Notes: generated from the letters alone by a model not told the origin. Positions 28,825 through 39,462 are shown, numbered from the stretch's first letter. The stretch: 64,000 nt of DNA from Lachnospiraceae bacterium (GCA_022792335.1 JAAWAV010000041.1:72039-136038); one strand, 5' to 3'. Numbers and translations: made by a program.

Positions 28825-31473
28825 ATGGCAAGTATATCAGGAACCACAAATAGTTTAAGTACAACTTTACGGGGATTCGGCGGTATGGCCTCCGGAATCG
28901 ATCGTGATTCTATTATTGAGCAGATGTCACAGGCGTCTAACATAAAGATTCAGAACCAGAAGAATGCCATTACCAGTCTTACTTGGAAGCAGGAGGCCTT
29001 CCGGGGAGTCATTGATCAAATCCTGGATTTACAGGAGAAGTACCTTTCATATTCGGCGACGGACAGTGTGATGGATGCGAATCTGTTTGCCAAGAATATC
29101 ATTAAGGCCAATGGCGATGAAAAGGTATCCAAATATGTCAGCGTCAGCGGCTCTTCCGATTTATTGGAGTCCATGTCGATTAGGGGCGTTGCAAATCTGG
29201 CGACGGCGGCCAATGTACAGTCGGCAGAGAAGGGCAGCGGAGATATCGTGACTGAGATGAGCTATTCCAAACAGCCGAGGGAATCCAAGCTGGAAGGAAC
29301 GAAGCTGGTTTTCGGTTATTATAGCAGCAAGGACGGCGTATTCCACGACAGCGGGACCTTTACCATGCCTTCCTCTTACAAAGAGGGGGATAAGACCGTC
29401 GATATTGACTATACGACAGAGGATCTTGATAAACTGGCTGGGCAGCTTAACAAAGCGATTGAGTCCAACAAGTTTAAGCTTTCCGGGGACATCACGATCC
29501 AGTTTAAGGCAAGTGACGACGGCACAAAACTGGAGATGAATTATGCCACCGTGACGGATAACGCCGCCGGATTTAAAGTGAATCCCGATTCGACGGAGGA
29601 AGCAAACAAGATAGCAGAAAGAGAAAGTCTGGTTATCCGGAGCAACTCCTCTGCTCTTGGAGCCCTGGGTTTTGATAAAACCTTAGAAAAACCGGATGGT
29701 TCTACGGAGACCCTGGATAGCTCCAAGGGATATACGTTGAGCGATTACAACGACCATATTAAGAGCACGAAGGACAGTTATGTGCATGTTTACGACAATA
29801 TGGCCGGATATCTGAAGGGGCAGAAGTTTACCGTTTCCTATGGCGGTCAGAGCAAGCAGGTGGAATTGATCACCAACGCTGACGCAGAAGAGCTGAAAAA
29901 TTTAGAAGCGAAAAAAATAGAAGAATATATGGCAGCGCATGCAGGAGCGACTGAGGAAGAGGCAAAGGAAGCAGTTAAGGACGAGATGAATACGGCCTTT
30001 GCTGAAAAGATGCAGGAGCACCTGAATACGGCTTTCGGTAAAGGAAAAATTACAGTTGGTACAAAAGACGGAAAGATTACCTTTGCGAATGAGAAAGGAG
30101 ATAACTCGACGCTTACTGTGACCGGAAATTATACCATCCGCAAGGAAACCGGTCTGGATAAGATGAGCTCTACCAAGATCAGTCTGGAAAGCAGTATCTT
30201 CGATAATCGTGAACGGTTGGGATTGGAAGGTACTTATACGGACGATGAGGCGGGCAGAGAAGCCTTTGATCAGTATTTCAAGGATAATCCCTTTACCATC
30301 AATGGAGTTGAAATTAAGGTGACGGCCGGTATGACGGTCAATCAGCTTCTGGTCAATATCAATTCTTCAGATGCAGGGGTAAAGGCGACTTATCTGAGCA
30401 CCAGCAACAAATTTACCCTGGTCAGCAAAGAGACCGGATCTGGCAGAGGGATCGAGCTGAGCGACAGTGCGAAAGAAATTTTCTTCAATGGAAAGGACAA
30501 AGACGGCAATCAGACGACAGGCACAGAGATAGACGGCGAGGATGCTCTGATGTATGTGGATTATGGCACTGGAGCGACTGCAGTGACCAGTTCTACCAAT
30601 ACCTTTGATATGGATGGACTGAAAATCACAGTATCCGGCGAGTTTGGTATTGAGAAAGATAAAAACGGAGAACTTCTGGATAAAGACGGAAATGTTCTGG
30701 CGGAAGGCGCGGAGCCGATGTTTGATACTTCCAAGTCTGTGACCTTTAACGCTTCTGCGGATGTGGATAAGGCGACAGAGACGGTTAAGAAGTTTCTGGA
30801 GCAGTACAATGAGCTGGTAAAGGCTATCAACAAGGAGGTTACTACCAAGCCGGATGATGCCTATGGTCCCCTGTCAGATGAGCAGAAGGAAGAGATGAAT
30901 GAAACTTCCATTGAAAACTGGGAGAAGAAAGCGAAGCAGGGCCTTCTGTTTAACAACAGTATTATGCGGGATCTAAGTCTGGATATGCAGGGCGTTCTGA
31001 CCAAGATTATGGGAAGCGGCGTTACCTATGACGATCTGCAGGAGATTGGTATCAGTATGTCTGAGGATCCTTACGATGGCGGTACCCTGAAGTTTGACGA
31101 GTCCAAGTTCAAAGCGGCCATGAAGGATAATCCGGAGAAGGTGGGAAATATCTTTACTGGCGGAGGCGGTGTAAGTAAGGGTATCGGTACAATTATCAAC
31201 GACACTACGAAACAGTATGCGACCCGATATAGCTATATGAACGGCGGTTCCAACGGTCGTTTGGTAGAGGAAGCCGGTACTGAGAAGATTTCCCTCTCTC
31301 TGCAGAATAATACGATTTATAATCAGCTAAAGGATATGCAGGAAAACCTGACGTCTCTGCGGAGTAAATTGAAAACAGAGCAGGACCGCTATATTCAGAT
31401 GTTTACCACTATGGAGAAAGCAATCAGCAATATGAACAGCCAGTCCAGCTACTTATCATCCATTACCGGTTGA
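28825..31473 (+). CDS. fliD: Filament cap FliD (882 aa)
   Basis: GMASGID..SII N-terminus; PLSDEQKEEM...WEKKAKQGLL; F..MEKAIS.MNSQSSYL C-terminus. Confidence 0.95.
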   Translation: MASISGTTNSLSTTLRGFGGMASGIDRDSIIEQMSQASNIKIQNQKNAITSLTWKQEAFRGVIDQILDLQEKYLSYSATDSVMDANLFAKNIIKANGDEKVSKYVSVSGSSDLLESMSIRGVANLATAANVQSAEKGSGDIVTEMSYSKQPRESKLEGTKLVFGYYSSKDGVFHDSGTFTMPSSYKEGDKTVDIDYTTEDLDKLAGQLNKAIESNKFKLSGDITIQFKASDDGTKLEMNYATVTDNAAGFKVNPDSTEEANKIAERESLVIRSNSSALGALGFDKTLEKPDGSTETLDSSKGYTLSDYNDHIKSTKDSYVHVYDNMAGYLKGQKFTVSYGGQSKQVELITNADAEELKNLEAKKIEEYMAAHAGATEEEAKEAVKDEMNTAFAEKMQEHLNTAFGKGKITVGTKDGKITFANEKGDNSTLTVTGNYTIRKETGLDKMSSTKISLESSIFDNRERLGLEGTYTDDEAGREAFDQYFKDNPFTINGVEIKVTAGMTVNQLLVNINSSDAGVKATYLSTSNKFTLVSKETGSGRGIELSDSAKEIFFNGKDKDGNQTTGTEIDGEDALMYVDYGTGATAVTSSTNTFDMDGLKITVSGEFGIEKDKNGELLDKDGNVLAEGAEPMFDTSKSVTFNASADVDKATETVKKFLEQYNELVKAINKEVTTKPDDAYGPLSDEQKEEMNETSIENWEKKAKQGLLFNNSIMRDLSLDMQGVLTKIMGSGVTYDDLQEIGISMSEDPYDGGTLKFDESKFKAAMKDNPEKVGNIFTGGGGVSKGIGTIINDTTKQYATRYSYMNGGSNGRLVEEAGTEKISLSLQNNTIYNQLKDMQENLTSLRSKLKTEQDRYIQMFTTMEKAISNMNSQSSYLSSITG

Positions 31474-31509
31474 TGGGGCCTATAGATTCCGGTTTCGGGA
31501 GGAAGAAAG

Positions 31510-31914
31510 ATGAACGGATATCAGAAATACAAAGAACAGAGCATTTATTCCATGTCCGGTGTCGAGCTGCTTTTGATGCTGTACGATGAAGCGCTGAAAC
31601 GGTTAAGAATGGCGGAATGTGCGTTGGAGGATAAGGATTACGGAGTCTTTGACAACTGTATTACCCGCACAGTCCGGATTGTCCGTTATCTAAATTCTAT
31701 TCTTGACATGGAGCAGCCAATCAGCCAGGAGTTTCGGCGTATCTATGAATATATGTTTTACGATTTAGGGGCGATTCGGGCCGGCAGAGAGCGGAGAAAG
31801 GATGATATTGCTCAGATTATTCGTATTATGTCTGAGTTTCGGGCCGGATTTGAAGAAGCAGGAAAAGAAGTGCGGGAGGTTCGCGTCGCAACTACAAGAA
31901 GTGTAACCGGATAG
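31510..31914 (+). CDS. fliS: Flagellin chaperone FliS
   Basis: Y..Y, ELLLMLYD.A, L...LDM, IYEYM; follows fliD. Confidence 0.9.
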   Translation: MNGYQKYKEQSIYSMSGVELLLMLYDEALKRLRMAECALEDKDYGVFDNCITRTVRIVRYLNSILDMEQPISQEFRRIYEYMFYDLGAIRAGRERRKDDIAQIIRIMSEFRAGFEEAGKEVREVRVATTRSVTG

Positions 31915-31922
31915 GTGGGGTC

Positions 31923-32324
31923 ATGGCGATAGATTTGGAACAGATGATGCTTCTTCTTCAAAAGCGTTATGGTTCTCTGAAGAAGATTGATGAATTGACG
32001 GATGAACTTCAAAGTGCCTTTGACAGGCACGATGAGGTTTCCGCTTCCTTGCTGTTGGATATGAGAGCGGAAGAAATTGCAGAGGTGGATAACTGCTCCG
32101 GGCGGATTTGGGATTTGGCCCGGACAGGAAAAGAAGATGCGAGAGAAGTCAGGCGACTGATGCGCGACGATCCCTTTGCTGCTCCCAGAACTGATTGTTG
32201 GGAAGAAAATAAAATCTTTGAAGTGCGGCGAAAGACAGTCCAGCTTCTGGAACGGCTGCAGGACAAAGACCGCCGCATGAGTCTAAGTGCGGGGGGTGAG
32301 AAATCATATTATAAAAAACAGTAG
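31923..32324 (+). CDS. Small helical protein, possible FliT/FlgN-like chaperone
   Basis: Position after fliS, all-helical composition, GGTGGGG RBS. Confidence 0.55.
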   Translation: MAIDLEQMMLLLQKRYGSLKKIDELTDELQSAFDRHDEVSASLLLDMRAEEIAEVDNCSGRIWDLARTGKEDAREVRRLMRDDPFAAPRTDCWEENKIFEVRRKTVQLLERLQDKDRRMSLSAGGEKSYYKKQ

Positions 32325-32443
32325 AACAACAGAGGAGGTCAAATAGATGTATCTCGATGAAGTTTTTTGAGAGAGGCACCTCCCCTGTAGAGGAACCCAA
32401 GGGGGTTTAAAATTGACAAATATAAATGAAAGGAGGAAATCAC

Positions 32444-33781
32444 ATGTCAATTAATGGAATATCAGGCGGTGGTTATGGTTATGGCTATTCATCTTCGATC
32501 AATAACCTGCTTCAACTCTCGTCTCTGAAAACGACTTCTTCCTACAGTGCCATCAGTGCAATTAACCGGGTGTCATCCACCAGTAAGAATACTTCGGCTT
32601 ATGCCAGTGTTACCAGCTTTTTAAAAGACTATCAGTCGGAGCTTACCGGTTTGGAGGCAGCGGCGGCCAAGTTGCAGACTAGCAAAGCAGGAAATGTATT
32701 TACAGAATTAGAAGCCGGTTCTACAGATGAATCTGTAGCTACGGCTAATAGATCCTGGCGTTTGGAAGCTGGGATGGATGTGAACCTGGAAGTTCACTCT
32801 GTCGCACAAGCACAGAAAAATGTCAGTGTCGCTAATCAGGCGGCAGATCTGGCAGAGGAAGATATGGAATTTGAGATTGTCGGACCTGGCGGCAATCAGA
32901 CGGTTTCCATCAGCAGCACCAATACCAACGGAACAAAGAAAACCTACAATCAGATGTACGAGGAGGCGGCTCGAGCAGTCAACGGAAATTCCAAGACTGG
33001 CGTAAAGGCGTCCGTACAGAGTGAGAATGGGAAAGTGTCTCTGGTGCTTACAGGAAAGGCTACCGGAGCAGCAAACAGTTTTAGTGTTAATGGAAAAACA
33101 GGTGCTGCTGCCGGATTGGAGTACGTTGACAGTGCTGCTGCAGATGCGAAGTATACAGTTACTCAGGATGGATATTCTCAGACTTATACTTCCGATACCA
33201 ACAAAGTAAGCATTGCCTATGGACGGGTGGATGTGGAGCTTAAGAAGGAAGGAACTACCAATATCTATTCCGGGGTCGATACGGATCGGATTACGGATGC
33301 AGTGCAGGATTTGGTAGATAGCTACAATTCCGTTACCAATCTTCTGGAGAGCAATGCCGGACGAGGCAATGGGACAGCAGCTCATATGGCTTCTTTCCAG
33401 AGAGGTATGGCTCATGAAAAAACTCTGGCGGCCATGGGAATCACGAAAAATAAAGCTGGTGACCTTGTTCTGGATAAGGAAAAGCTGGTCGAAGCGATGG
33501 AGAAGGACTACGATTTTGTAGTGGATACTCTGGGAGGACAGTTTGGGCTTGCAGAAAATGCAGCTCAGAAAGCAGATCGGGCGCTTTCCGATTCGGTACA
33601 GAGAATTGTAAGTAATGATTTGGGAGGAAGTTCTTCCAATTCATCTTCCGGAAGTGGCAGTGCGAATAACGCTGCCAATGCGAACAGTCCGTATATGCAG
33701 TTTGCAAATTTTGTCTCTGGGGGAGCTTATAATCTGGCGAATTATTATGCGGTAGGTATGCTTTTGAATACGATGGCCTAA
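32444..33781 (+). CDS. Second, shorter FliD-like (cap domain) protein
   Basis: V.SVAQAQ.N, GVKASV, LVLTGK.TG, LVDSYN, MGIT....G.L.LD..KL segments parallel FliD. Confidence 0.75.
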   Translation: MSINGISGGGYGYGYSSSINNLLQLSSLKTTSSYSAISAINRVSSTSKNTSAYASVTSFLKDYQSELTGLEAAAAKLQTSKAGNVFTELEAGSTDESVATANRSWRLEAGMDVNLEVHSVAQAQKNVSVANQAADLAEEDMEFEIVGPGGNQTVSISSTNTNGTKKTYNQMYEEAARAVNGNSKTGVKASVQSENGKVSLVLTGKATGAANSFSVNGKTGAAAGLEYVDSAAADAKYTVTQDGYSQTYTSDTNKVSIAYGRVDVELKKEGTTNIYSGVDTDRITDAVQDLVDSYNSVTNLLESNAGRGNGTAAHMASFQRGMAHEKTLAAMGITKNKAGDLVLDKEKLVEAMEKDYDFVVDTLGGQFGLAENAAQKADRALSDSVQRIVSNDLGGSSSNSSSGSGSANNAANANSPYMQFANFVSGGAYNLANYYAVGMLLNTMA

Positions 33782-33804
33782 AGCCTGGCAAAGCGGCCTT
33801 AAGC

Positions 33805-33861
33805 GACAGAGGACAGCGGGAGAGGGAATTTCCCTTTCCCGTTTTCTTCTGTCTGTCTTAT
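33805..33861 (+). terminator. Probable terminator hairpin
   Basis: GACAGAGG..CGGGGAGAGGG-loop-CCCTTTCCCG..TCTTCTGTC. Confidence 0.65.
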
Positions 33862-33903
33862 TCCATAGGCTTTTCTATTTGACATTGACAGGAGAAAACA
33901 AAG

Positions 33904-35100
33904 ATGAATCAAGTTTTGTTTGAAGGGCGTTTGCTGGTCAATATGATTAGTACATTAATGCATAAGGGGGCACTTCAGGTCAGATATGGGCGCATGGACT
34001 GGGAACGCATGTTTAGAACAGCAGACTATCACCGAGTCGCCAATATTATTTATCTGGGCCTTCTTGGAAATGGAGGTTTAGTTCCAGAGCGTTGGATGAG
34101 CCGTTTCTTTGAGCGCTACCAGGAAGCTTTGGCTAATGGAGGCAACTGCGAAGCATCCGAGCAAGAAATTCTGACGCTGCTGGATATGGAAAAAGTGCCC
34201 TGTGTAGTATTATCCTCCACAACAATACGAGGATTATATGAACTGGCAGAGACGGCAGATATGAGCCCTCTCCGGCTTTATATGAGCACAGAGAATTATA
34301 CTCTAGTAAAGGGTTTCCTGGTGGATTTGGGGTATGAGACGATTCAGAATTATTCTGACTGTGGAGAGCGGATGCATCGGATTTCCGGCATGAATGTGGA
34401 TATTTATCAGCAGCTTCCTTTCAGGACAAAATATTATGAAAAGGGAATGAGAGAGCTTACTTTCCGTGCTCGTGTCCGGACGGGGGGGTCCAGTGTCCGG
34501 ATTCTTTATCCAGAAGATCGCATGGTATTTCGGATGGCATCTGTAGCTTATCAGTATACCACCGATGGACTTATGCTTCGGGATATGTTGGATTTATTTT
34601 TATATCACCGAGCTTGGCGTGAGCAATTAAATCATAGTTATATCAAAAAGAAGCTTCAGGCTTTTCGGGTAGATATTCTGGCTGAGAAGCTTTTACGTCT
34701 TTCTTATATGTGGTTTGGGGAAAAGGAAGATAAAGAATATATGTCTAACGAAGAACAGCTAGAAGATCTAAATGCCTTTGATATTCTGGAGAATCGAATC
34801 TTCAGCCGAGGGGAGATCGGAAAGGACAGAGAAACAGATGCCCAGGTTGTAGGACTGATGCGACTTTTAAACAAAGAGGAAGAAAAAGAAAGCAGAAAAG
34901 CCAAAAAAGAGATGAAGATCAAAAGGCGGGAAGAGCGAAAGAAAGCACATGGTCGTTTTTTGCGCTGGGTATTTCCAGATTATAAGTATATGTCCGGTTT
35001 GTATCCAGCTCTTGAAAAAGTACCGGTCTTACTGCCCTTCTACTGGATTTCTCGTGGGATACGTCTTTTTATTGAAATGATAAAAAACAGGGACCAATAA
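33904..35100 (+). CDS. Uncharacterised nucleotidyltransferase-family protein, degenerate active site
   Basis: DWE..F..A..H.V N-terminus, LR...DL..Y, FP..KYM...YP.L.K.PVLLPFYW C-terminus. Confidence 0.7.
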   Translation: MNQVLFEGRLLVNMISTLMHKGALQVRYGRMDWERMFRTADYHRVANIIYLGLLGNGGLVPERWMSRFFERYQEALANGGNCEASEQEILTLLDMEKVPCVVLSSTTIRGLYELAETADMSPLRLYMSTENYTLVKGFLVDLGYETIQNYSDCGERMHRISGMNVDIYQQLPFRTKYYEKGMRELTFRARVRTGGSSVRILYPEDRMVFRMASVAYQYTTDGLMLRDMLDLFLYHRAWREQLNHSYIKKKLQAFRVDILAEKLLRLSYMWFGEKEDKEYMSNEEQLEDLNAFDILENRIFSRGEIGKDRETDAQVVGLMRLLNKEEEKESRKAKKEMKIKRREERKKAHGRFLRWVFPDYKYMSGLYPALEKVPVLLPFYWISRGIRLFIEMIKNRDQ

Positions 35101-35120
35101 TCTTATGATTATTGGTCCCT
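35089..35120. terminator. Hairpin between convergent genes (likely bidirectional terminator)
   Basis: Perfect 14-bp stem AGGGACCAATAATC-TTAT-GATTATTGGTCCCT. Confidence 0.75.
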
Positions 35121-35125
35121 CAGAC

Positions 35126-35383
35126 TCATAGGTCCTGTTTCGGTTTTTTCGGAGTGATCATATGAGAGAGAGCGTTTTGCAGAGAGAGAAGAGAGTCTGT
35201 GGAGGGCGCCAAAGCCCCTCGATTGATCTGTTCCGCTTCTGATAATTCTTCCCGCAGAATCGAGACGTGCTTTGGAGCATCGATAGCAACACGCACTCCA
35301 TCAGCCGCACATTCCAGAATTGTCACGCGAATATCATTTCCAATTAAAAAACTCTCACTCTTTTTGCGTCGTATTATCAGCAT
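35126..35383 (-). CDS. csrA: Carbon storage regulator CsrA
   Basis: MLIIRRK..ES..IG.DI.V, IDAPK.V.ILREE, plus C-terminal extension; overlaps fliW. Confidence 0.95.
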   Translation of the reverse strand: MLIIRRKKSESFLIGNDIRVTILECAADGVRVAIDAPKHVSILREELSEAEQINRGALAPSTDSLLSLQNALSHMITPKKPKQDL

Positions 35384-35877
35384 TCTTCTGAAGCCTCCTC
35401 TGTCTCCCTATCTGCAATTTCGGCAAGCGCCGGAAAAGAATCAAATCGATGCCGGTAGTGATAAGCGGGCTCCGAGAGAATCACCTGCATGCCTTTGCGG
35501 GTAACAGGATCAATAACCAACGGACATTTCAAATTGACAGTACTCTGAAGATACTTTTCCTGGCCACGTATATTGCAAATGGCGTAATAAGAAAGTTCGT
35601 CAGCATCGCCAGCCTCCAGGAAGGATAACTCAGCCTCAGAAAGAGACGGCGCATAATCCTGACAGAAAAGTAACGGATTGACAATTGCAAAGACAATTTC
35701 CGGCCGATCCGTAGCCAACATCAACAAAATGGTATCGTCCCCCTCTGTAAGACAGAGCAAAAGATAATGTTTTAAATCCGGAAAGCCAAAAATACCGTCA
35801 GGAAATGTGATTAAATCTTTCTCTTCGTATTCAATCTCTCCGTAAGCATCGGTTTCAAGTATCATAGCAGTGGACAC
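35377..35877 (-). CDS. fliW: Flagellar assembly factor FliW
   Basis: ITFPDGIFGF, TVNLKCPLVI, QVIL. Confidence 0.93.
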   Translation of the reverse strand: MSTAMILETDAYGEIEYEEKDLITFPDGIFGFPDLKHYLLLCLTEGDDTILLMLATDRPEIVFAIVNPLLFCQDYAPSLSEAELSFLEAGDADELSYYAICNIRGQEKYLQSTVNLKCPLVIDPVTRKGMQVILSEPAYHYRHRFDSFPALAEIADRETEEASEEC

Positions 35878-35881
35878 ACTC

Positions 35882-36490
35882 CTAAGCTAATAAATTTATA
35901 AAGCCATTGTCATCGAAACTATCAGGGGGCACATAGTTGTGTCCGCCAAGATATTCAATATGAACCTCCGGCCGTTGAGTCATAACCGTCATGACAAGAG
36001 GCGGCAAAAAAGCTACTTCCCCTTTGGCGACTCGAAACTCAAAAGCGCCACGGTCCATCGTATATGCAGAATCACTCTCTGTACTGATGGCTTTCTGCAT
36101 ATCCTGAGAGGATATCGTTTCTGGTGCAACAGAAGTCTGCACAGCTACATCAGAAGAGGCAACTGTATCAGAGGAACTTGCCGCAGCCGAAACAGCCGTT
36201 GTATTGGAACTTTCAGAAAGGCCGCTGCCTACTGTACCACTCGAATTTCTGGGTGAAGGAGCTGTAGACTGCTGTGATTGTTGGAGCGAGAAAGTACGGT
36301 TGATTTGATTCACATAACTGATATCTACATTTCCGCTTCCCGGAGATTTTTGTGATTGAAAAGCCCTCAAACGAGCAATGGCTTTTCTCCGCTCTAAATC
36401 AACGGAATCCGAAGGGACCAGACGGGCATTCTGCGAGACACGAACGGATTGATAAGGAGTAGTAGTAACTCTTAATAACGGTCCTGTCAT
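35882..36490 (-). CDS. YviE/DUF6470-like protein
   Basis: Position between flgL and fliW; PLLRVTTTP N-terminus and IEYLGG..YVPP C-terminus. Confidence 0.65.
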   Translation of the reverse strand: MTGPLLRVTTTPYQSVRVSQNARLVPSDSVDLERRKAIARLRAFQSQKSPGSGNVDISYVNQINRTFSLQQSQQSTAPSPRNSSGTVGSGLSESSNTTAVSAAASSSDTVASSDVAVQTSVAPETISSQDMQKAISTESDSAYTMDRGAFEFRVAKGEVAFLPPLVMTVMTQRPEVHIEYLGGHNYVPPDSFDDNGFINLLA

Positions 36491-36544
36491 GAGAACACCT
36501 CCTTTCCTAAAAAAATAATAGCTATTTTATACTTAAAATTTTAC

Positions 36545-37726
36545 CTAGCGCATGAAGTCAAAAAGGGACATTCCCATAATATTGGAGCTTACTTTTAATG
36601 CAGCCGAATAGGAACGCTGGTATGAATACATTTCAAGGATTGCTTCGTAGGGATCCGCTCCTAATTTTTCTTTATACTGAGTTTCCAGGTTCAACTTGTC
36701 GTCAGTCAGGCGAGTAAGCGTATTGTCGAGCTGATTGGTTTTATTACCCAGATCACTGTAGATCCGTCCAAGGCGATCAGAGGTGGTCTGAACCTGATCC
36801 AGAACTTTCCCTAGTTTGTCACAGAACTCATCTTTATCAATGGCATCGGCGCCAGTCTGACGACCATTATCCAAATAAGTCATATATTTATTCATAGTGA
36901 CAATACTTTGACCAAGAACACCGAGAGCGCTGTTTCCAAGAGCTTCTTCCACATCCTCTTGCGTGTATCCCGGATTCCGCGTTCTCATGGCATCGGAAGT
37001 AATACCGGTCAGAACATTCATTCCACCGGTATAGGTATCAACCAGCGTCTTTGTATCATGGATAGACCCATAACCGATATCTACACGCCCTTGTTCTTCC
37101 ATGGCTTTCTGGAGCTTGGGGAAAAGAGAAGGGTCCTCCATCTTGAAAGAAAACTTTCCATTTTCCTCTGTCAGCTTAAACTTAAACTCCGTTGCAGTAT
37201 CTTCCCCAGAAAACTTATGATTGTAAGTGAGAGTCATGTCGTTTGTTTTCTCATCATAGGAAATAGCAAAAGGCGTAGTGGACAAATCGTTTCCCCCAAA
37301 TACATAAAAACTTTCATATTTGGAGTTCAAATTGTTGATCATAGACTGCTGCTTCTGAATCAGATCATCCCGGATAGTACCTACAGTAGTAGAAATCTCA
37401 TTGTTGGGACTGTTCAGAATATAAGAAATCCTGTTAGCGGCATTGTCCTGCCCCGTAGCCAAAGTACTTTGGATGGAACGGACTCCCTGTTCCTGCTGCT
37501 GGAGGCGCTTATCCACATCCGTCAGAAGGGATTTTTTACTCAGGATATCCTGATACTGTGTATCCATCCTCTGGCCGGAATAATAAGCCAGAGGATTTTC
37601 AGAGGCCGACTCATAAGCTTTGCCGCTGGAAATCTTGTTCATACTTTTGTTTAACTGACTGTGAACATCATTCACAGAGGAAGTATATTGTCTGTAAAGG
37701 GCTGTATTAGTAACCCGCATTGCCAT
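36545..37726 (-). CDS. flgL: Hook-filament junction FlgL
   Basis: MRVTN, ISSGK...ASENP, YVFGG, SLFDFMR. Confidence 0.93.
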   Translation of the reverse strand: MAMRVTNTALYRQYTSSVNDVHSQLNKSMNKISSGKAYESASENPLAYYSGQRMDTQYQDILSKKSLLTDVDKRLQQQEQGVRSIQSTLATGQDNAANRISYILNSPNNEISTTVGTIRDDLIQKQQSMINNLNSKYESFYVFGGNDLSTTPFAISYDEKTNDMTLTYNHKFSGEDTATEFKFKLTEENGKFSFKMEDPSLFPKLQKAMEEQGRVDIGYGSIHDTKTLVDTYTGGMNVLTGITSDAMRTRNPGYTQEDVEEALGNSALGVLGQSIVTMNKYMTYLDNGRQTGADAIDKDEFCDKLGKVLDQVQTTSDRLGRIYSDLGNKTNQLDNTLTRLTDDKLNLETQYKEKLGADPYEAILEMYSYQRSYSAALKVSSNIMGMSLFDFMR

Positions 37727-37758
37727 AATTATTTCTCCTTTCCACCGGTTTTATACGC

Positions 37759-39444
37759 TTATCTGCCAACCAGGCCGGTGTTGTTGATCAAAGTATTTAA
37801 CGCCTCGTCCAGAGTAGTCATCAGTCGGGACGCAGCATTATAAGCAGCCAGATAGGTCATCATATTAGACGCTTCTTCATCCAAGCTGATACCGGAAACG
37901 GAATCTCTGGAATTTTGAATCCCGTTTAACACAGTCACGTCTGTTTTCAGAGAGGCCTGATTGCTGGAAGAATCTGTGGCCAGCACGGTAGAGACATTGC
38001 TGATATAGGAGGCAAAGGTTTTGTTTCCCAAATCCACGCCAAACCCAGGACGAGTGGGCGGAGTGCCGGCTCCCTGTCCCTGATAAAATACAGACATAGC
38101 TCCTAACATGGCAAGCACCGTATCGTTGGCGTTGTTCCCGTCGTCTGCAATTCCTTTTCCAAGGGAAACTTTTCCATTTGCCCAATCCGTGTTGATACCG
38201 ATGCTGGAAGCGGTGATGTTTGTCTTTGTACCATCGTTTCTATTAACCATGAGAGGAGAATCTGCAGGAGCTCCAGCCACATTGGCATTGCCAAGATTAT
38301 TTAATTCATTCATTACCGTGGCAAAACTCTGCGCCAGATTATCCAGATGGTTCATATAGTACTGGTACCCATGTACGTCGACCTGCTCAATATCAACGGG
38401 CTTGGTGACAGCTTCGCCGCTCAGCATATCAAGACCGGACTGAATGGAGCCACCGTTGAACTCATTTCCTTTGGGAACTGTATCGCTACCGGAAATGACC
38501 ACATCACCACCGGCGGAAATGGGGGCTGAAGTAAACTTGGCAGTCACATTCAGATAGGAATCTGCAGGAGTACGTACCATCTCCACGCTGCCGTAATTCT
38601 GGTTGGCAGCTCCTTCTGTGCCGCTTACAAGACTTAAAGAAGTCTTTGTACCGTCATCCTTATAATAGACCATATCCACGTAGAGATCATCCGGCCAGTC
38701 TTTGTCGTCTTTGTGAGCATCGTCTTTTTTGTACCGAACCTCAATGGGAACATAACTGGACAATTCGTCCAACAGAACGTTTCGTTCATCCATCAGCTCT
38801 AGACTTTGCTGTCCAAAGATCTGATTATGCTTAATCTGACGATTTAACTCACCGATACGCTTGAGAATATCGTTGACATTCTGCTCCGCGCCATTTTGAT
38901 TGGTGCCTTCTCCGTCCAGACGTTCGTATTCCTGCTTCCTGGCCTCGTCGATTTTTTGGGCGGAAAGATTCAGAAGATTGGTAAGGCTTTCCATCTTCGC
39001 CCGCAGTTCGCTTTCATAGACCTTATCATGAATCTTTGCCGGGTCCTGCAAATCACTCAGAACAGTCTGAATGTTGTCAAAAGCCTGCCGGATTCCGGCG
39101 ATGCTGCTCTCATCCAGTACACGGGACAGAGAATCCAAGGAAGTCTGCATGGCGTTGGTATAACCGGATTTTTCCATCTGGGCACGGTACTGGGCGTCTA
39201 AAAAGGGATCGCGGATTTGAGTTACTTTATCCATGGCAACGCCAAAGCCCACCACAAGCTCCGAACCATTCATATAATGAGAAACAGGACCCGTATAATT
39301 CAGACTGGATGTCTCCAAAGTCTGACGGGTATAGCCTTTGGTATTCATGTTTGCAAGATTCTGACCGGTAATATCTAAGCGCTTCTGATTAGCCTGAAGG
39401 GCTGAAAGCGCCGTATTAAATCCGGCAAAAGTAGCTCGTATCAT
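37759..39444 (-). CDS. flgK: Hook-filament junction FlgK
   Basis: TGQNLAN.NT.GYTRQ, L.DERN.LLDELS, SVSGISLDEE. Confidence 0.96.
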   Translation of the reverse strand: MIRATFAGFNTALSALQANQKRLDITGQNLANMNTKGYTRQTLETSSLNYTGPVSHYMNGSELVVGFGVAMDKVTQIRDPFLDAQYRAQMEKSGYTNAMQTSLDSLSRVLDESSIAGIRQAFDNIQTVLSDLQDPAKIHDKVYESELRAKMESLTNLLNLSAQKIDEARKQEYERLDGEGTNQNGAEQNVNDILKRIGELNRQIKHNQIFGQQSLELMDERNVLLDELSSYVPIEVRYKKDDAHKDDKDWPDDLYVDMVYYKDDGTKTSLSLVSGTEGAANQNYGSVEMVRTPADSYLNVTAKFTSAPISAGGDVVISGSDTVPKGNEFNGGSIQSGLDMLSGEAVTKPVDIEQVDVHGYQYYMNHLDNLAQSFATVMNELNNLGNANVAGAPADSPLMVNRNDGTKTNITASSIGINTDWANGKVSLGKGIADDGNNANDTVLAMLGAMSVFYQGQGAGTPPTRPGFGVDLGNKTFASYISNVSTVLATDSSSNQASLKTDVTVLNGIQNSRDSVSGISLDEEASNMMTYLAAYNAASRLMTTLDEALNTLINNTGLVGR

Positions 39445-39462
39445 AATTGTTTTTCCTCCTAA

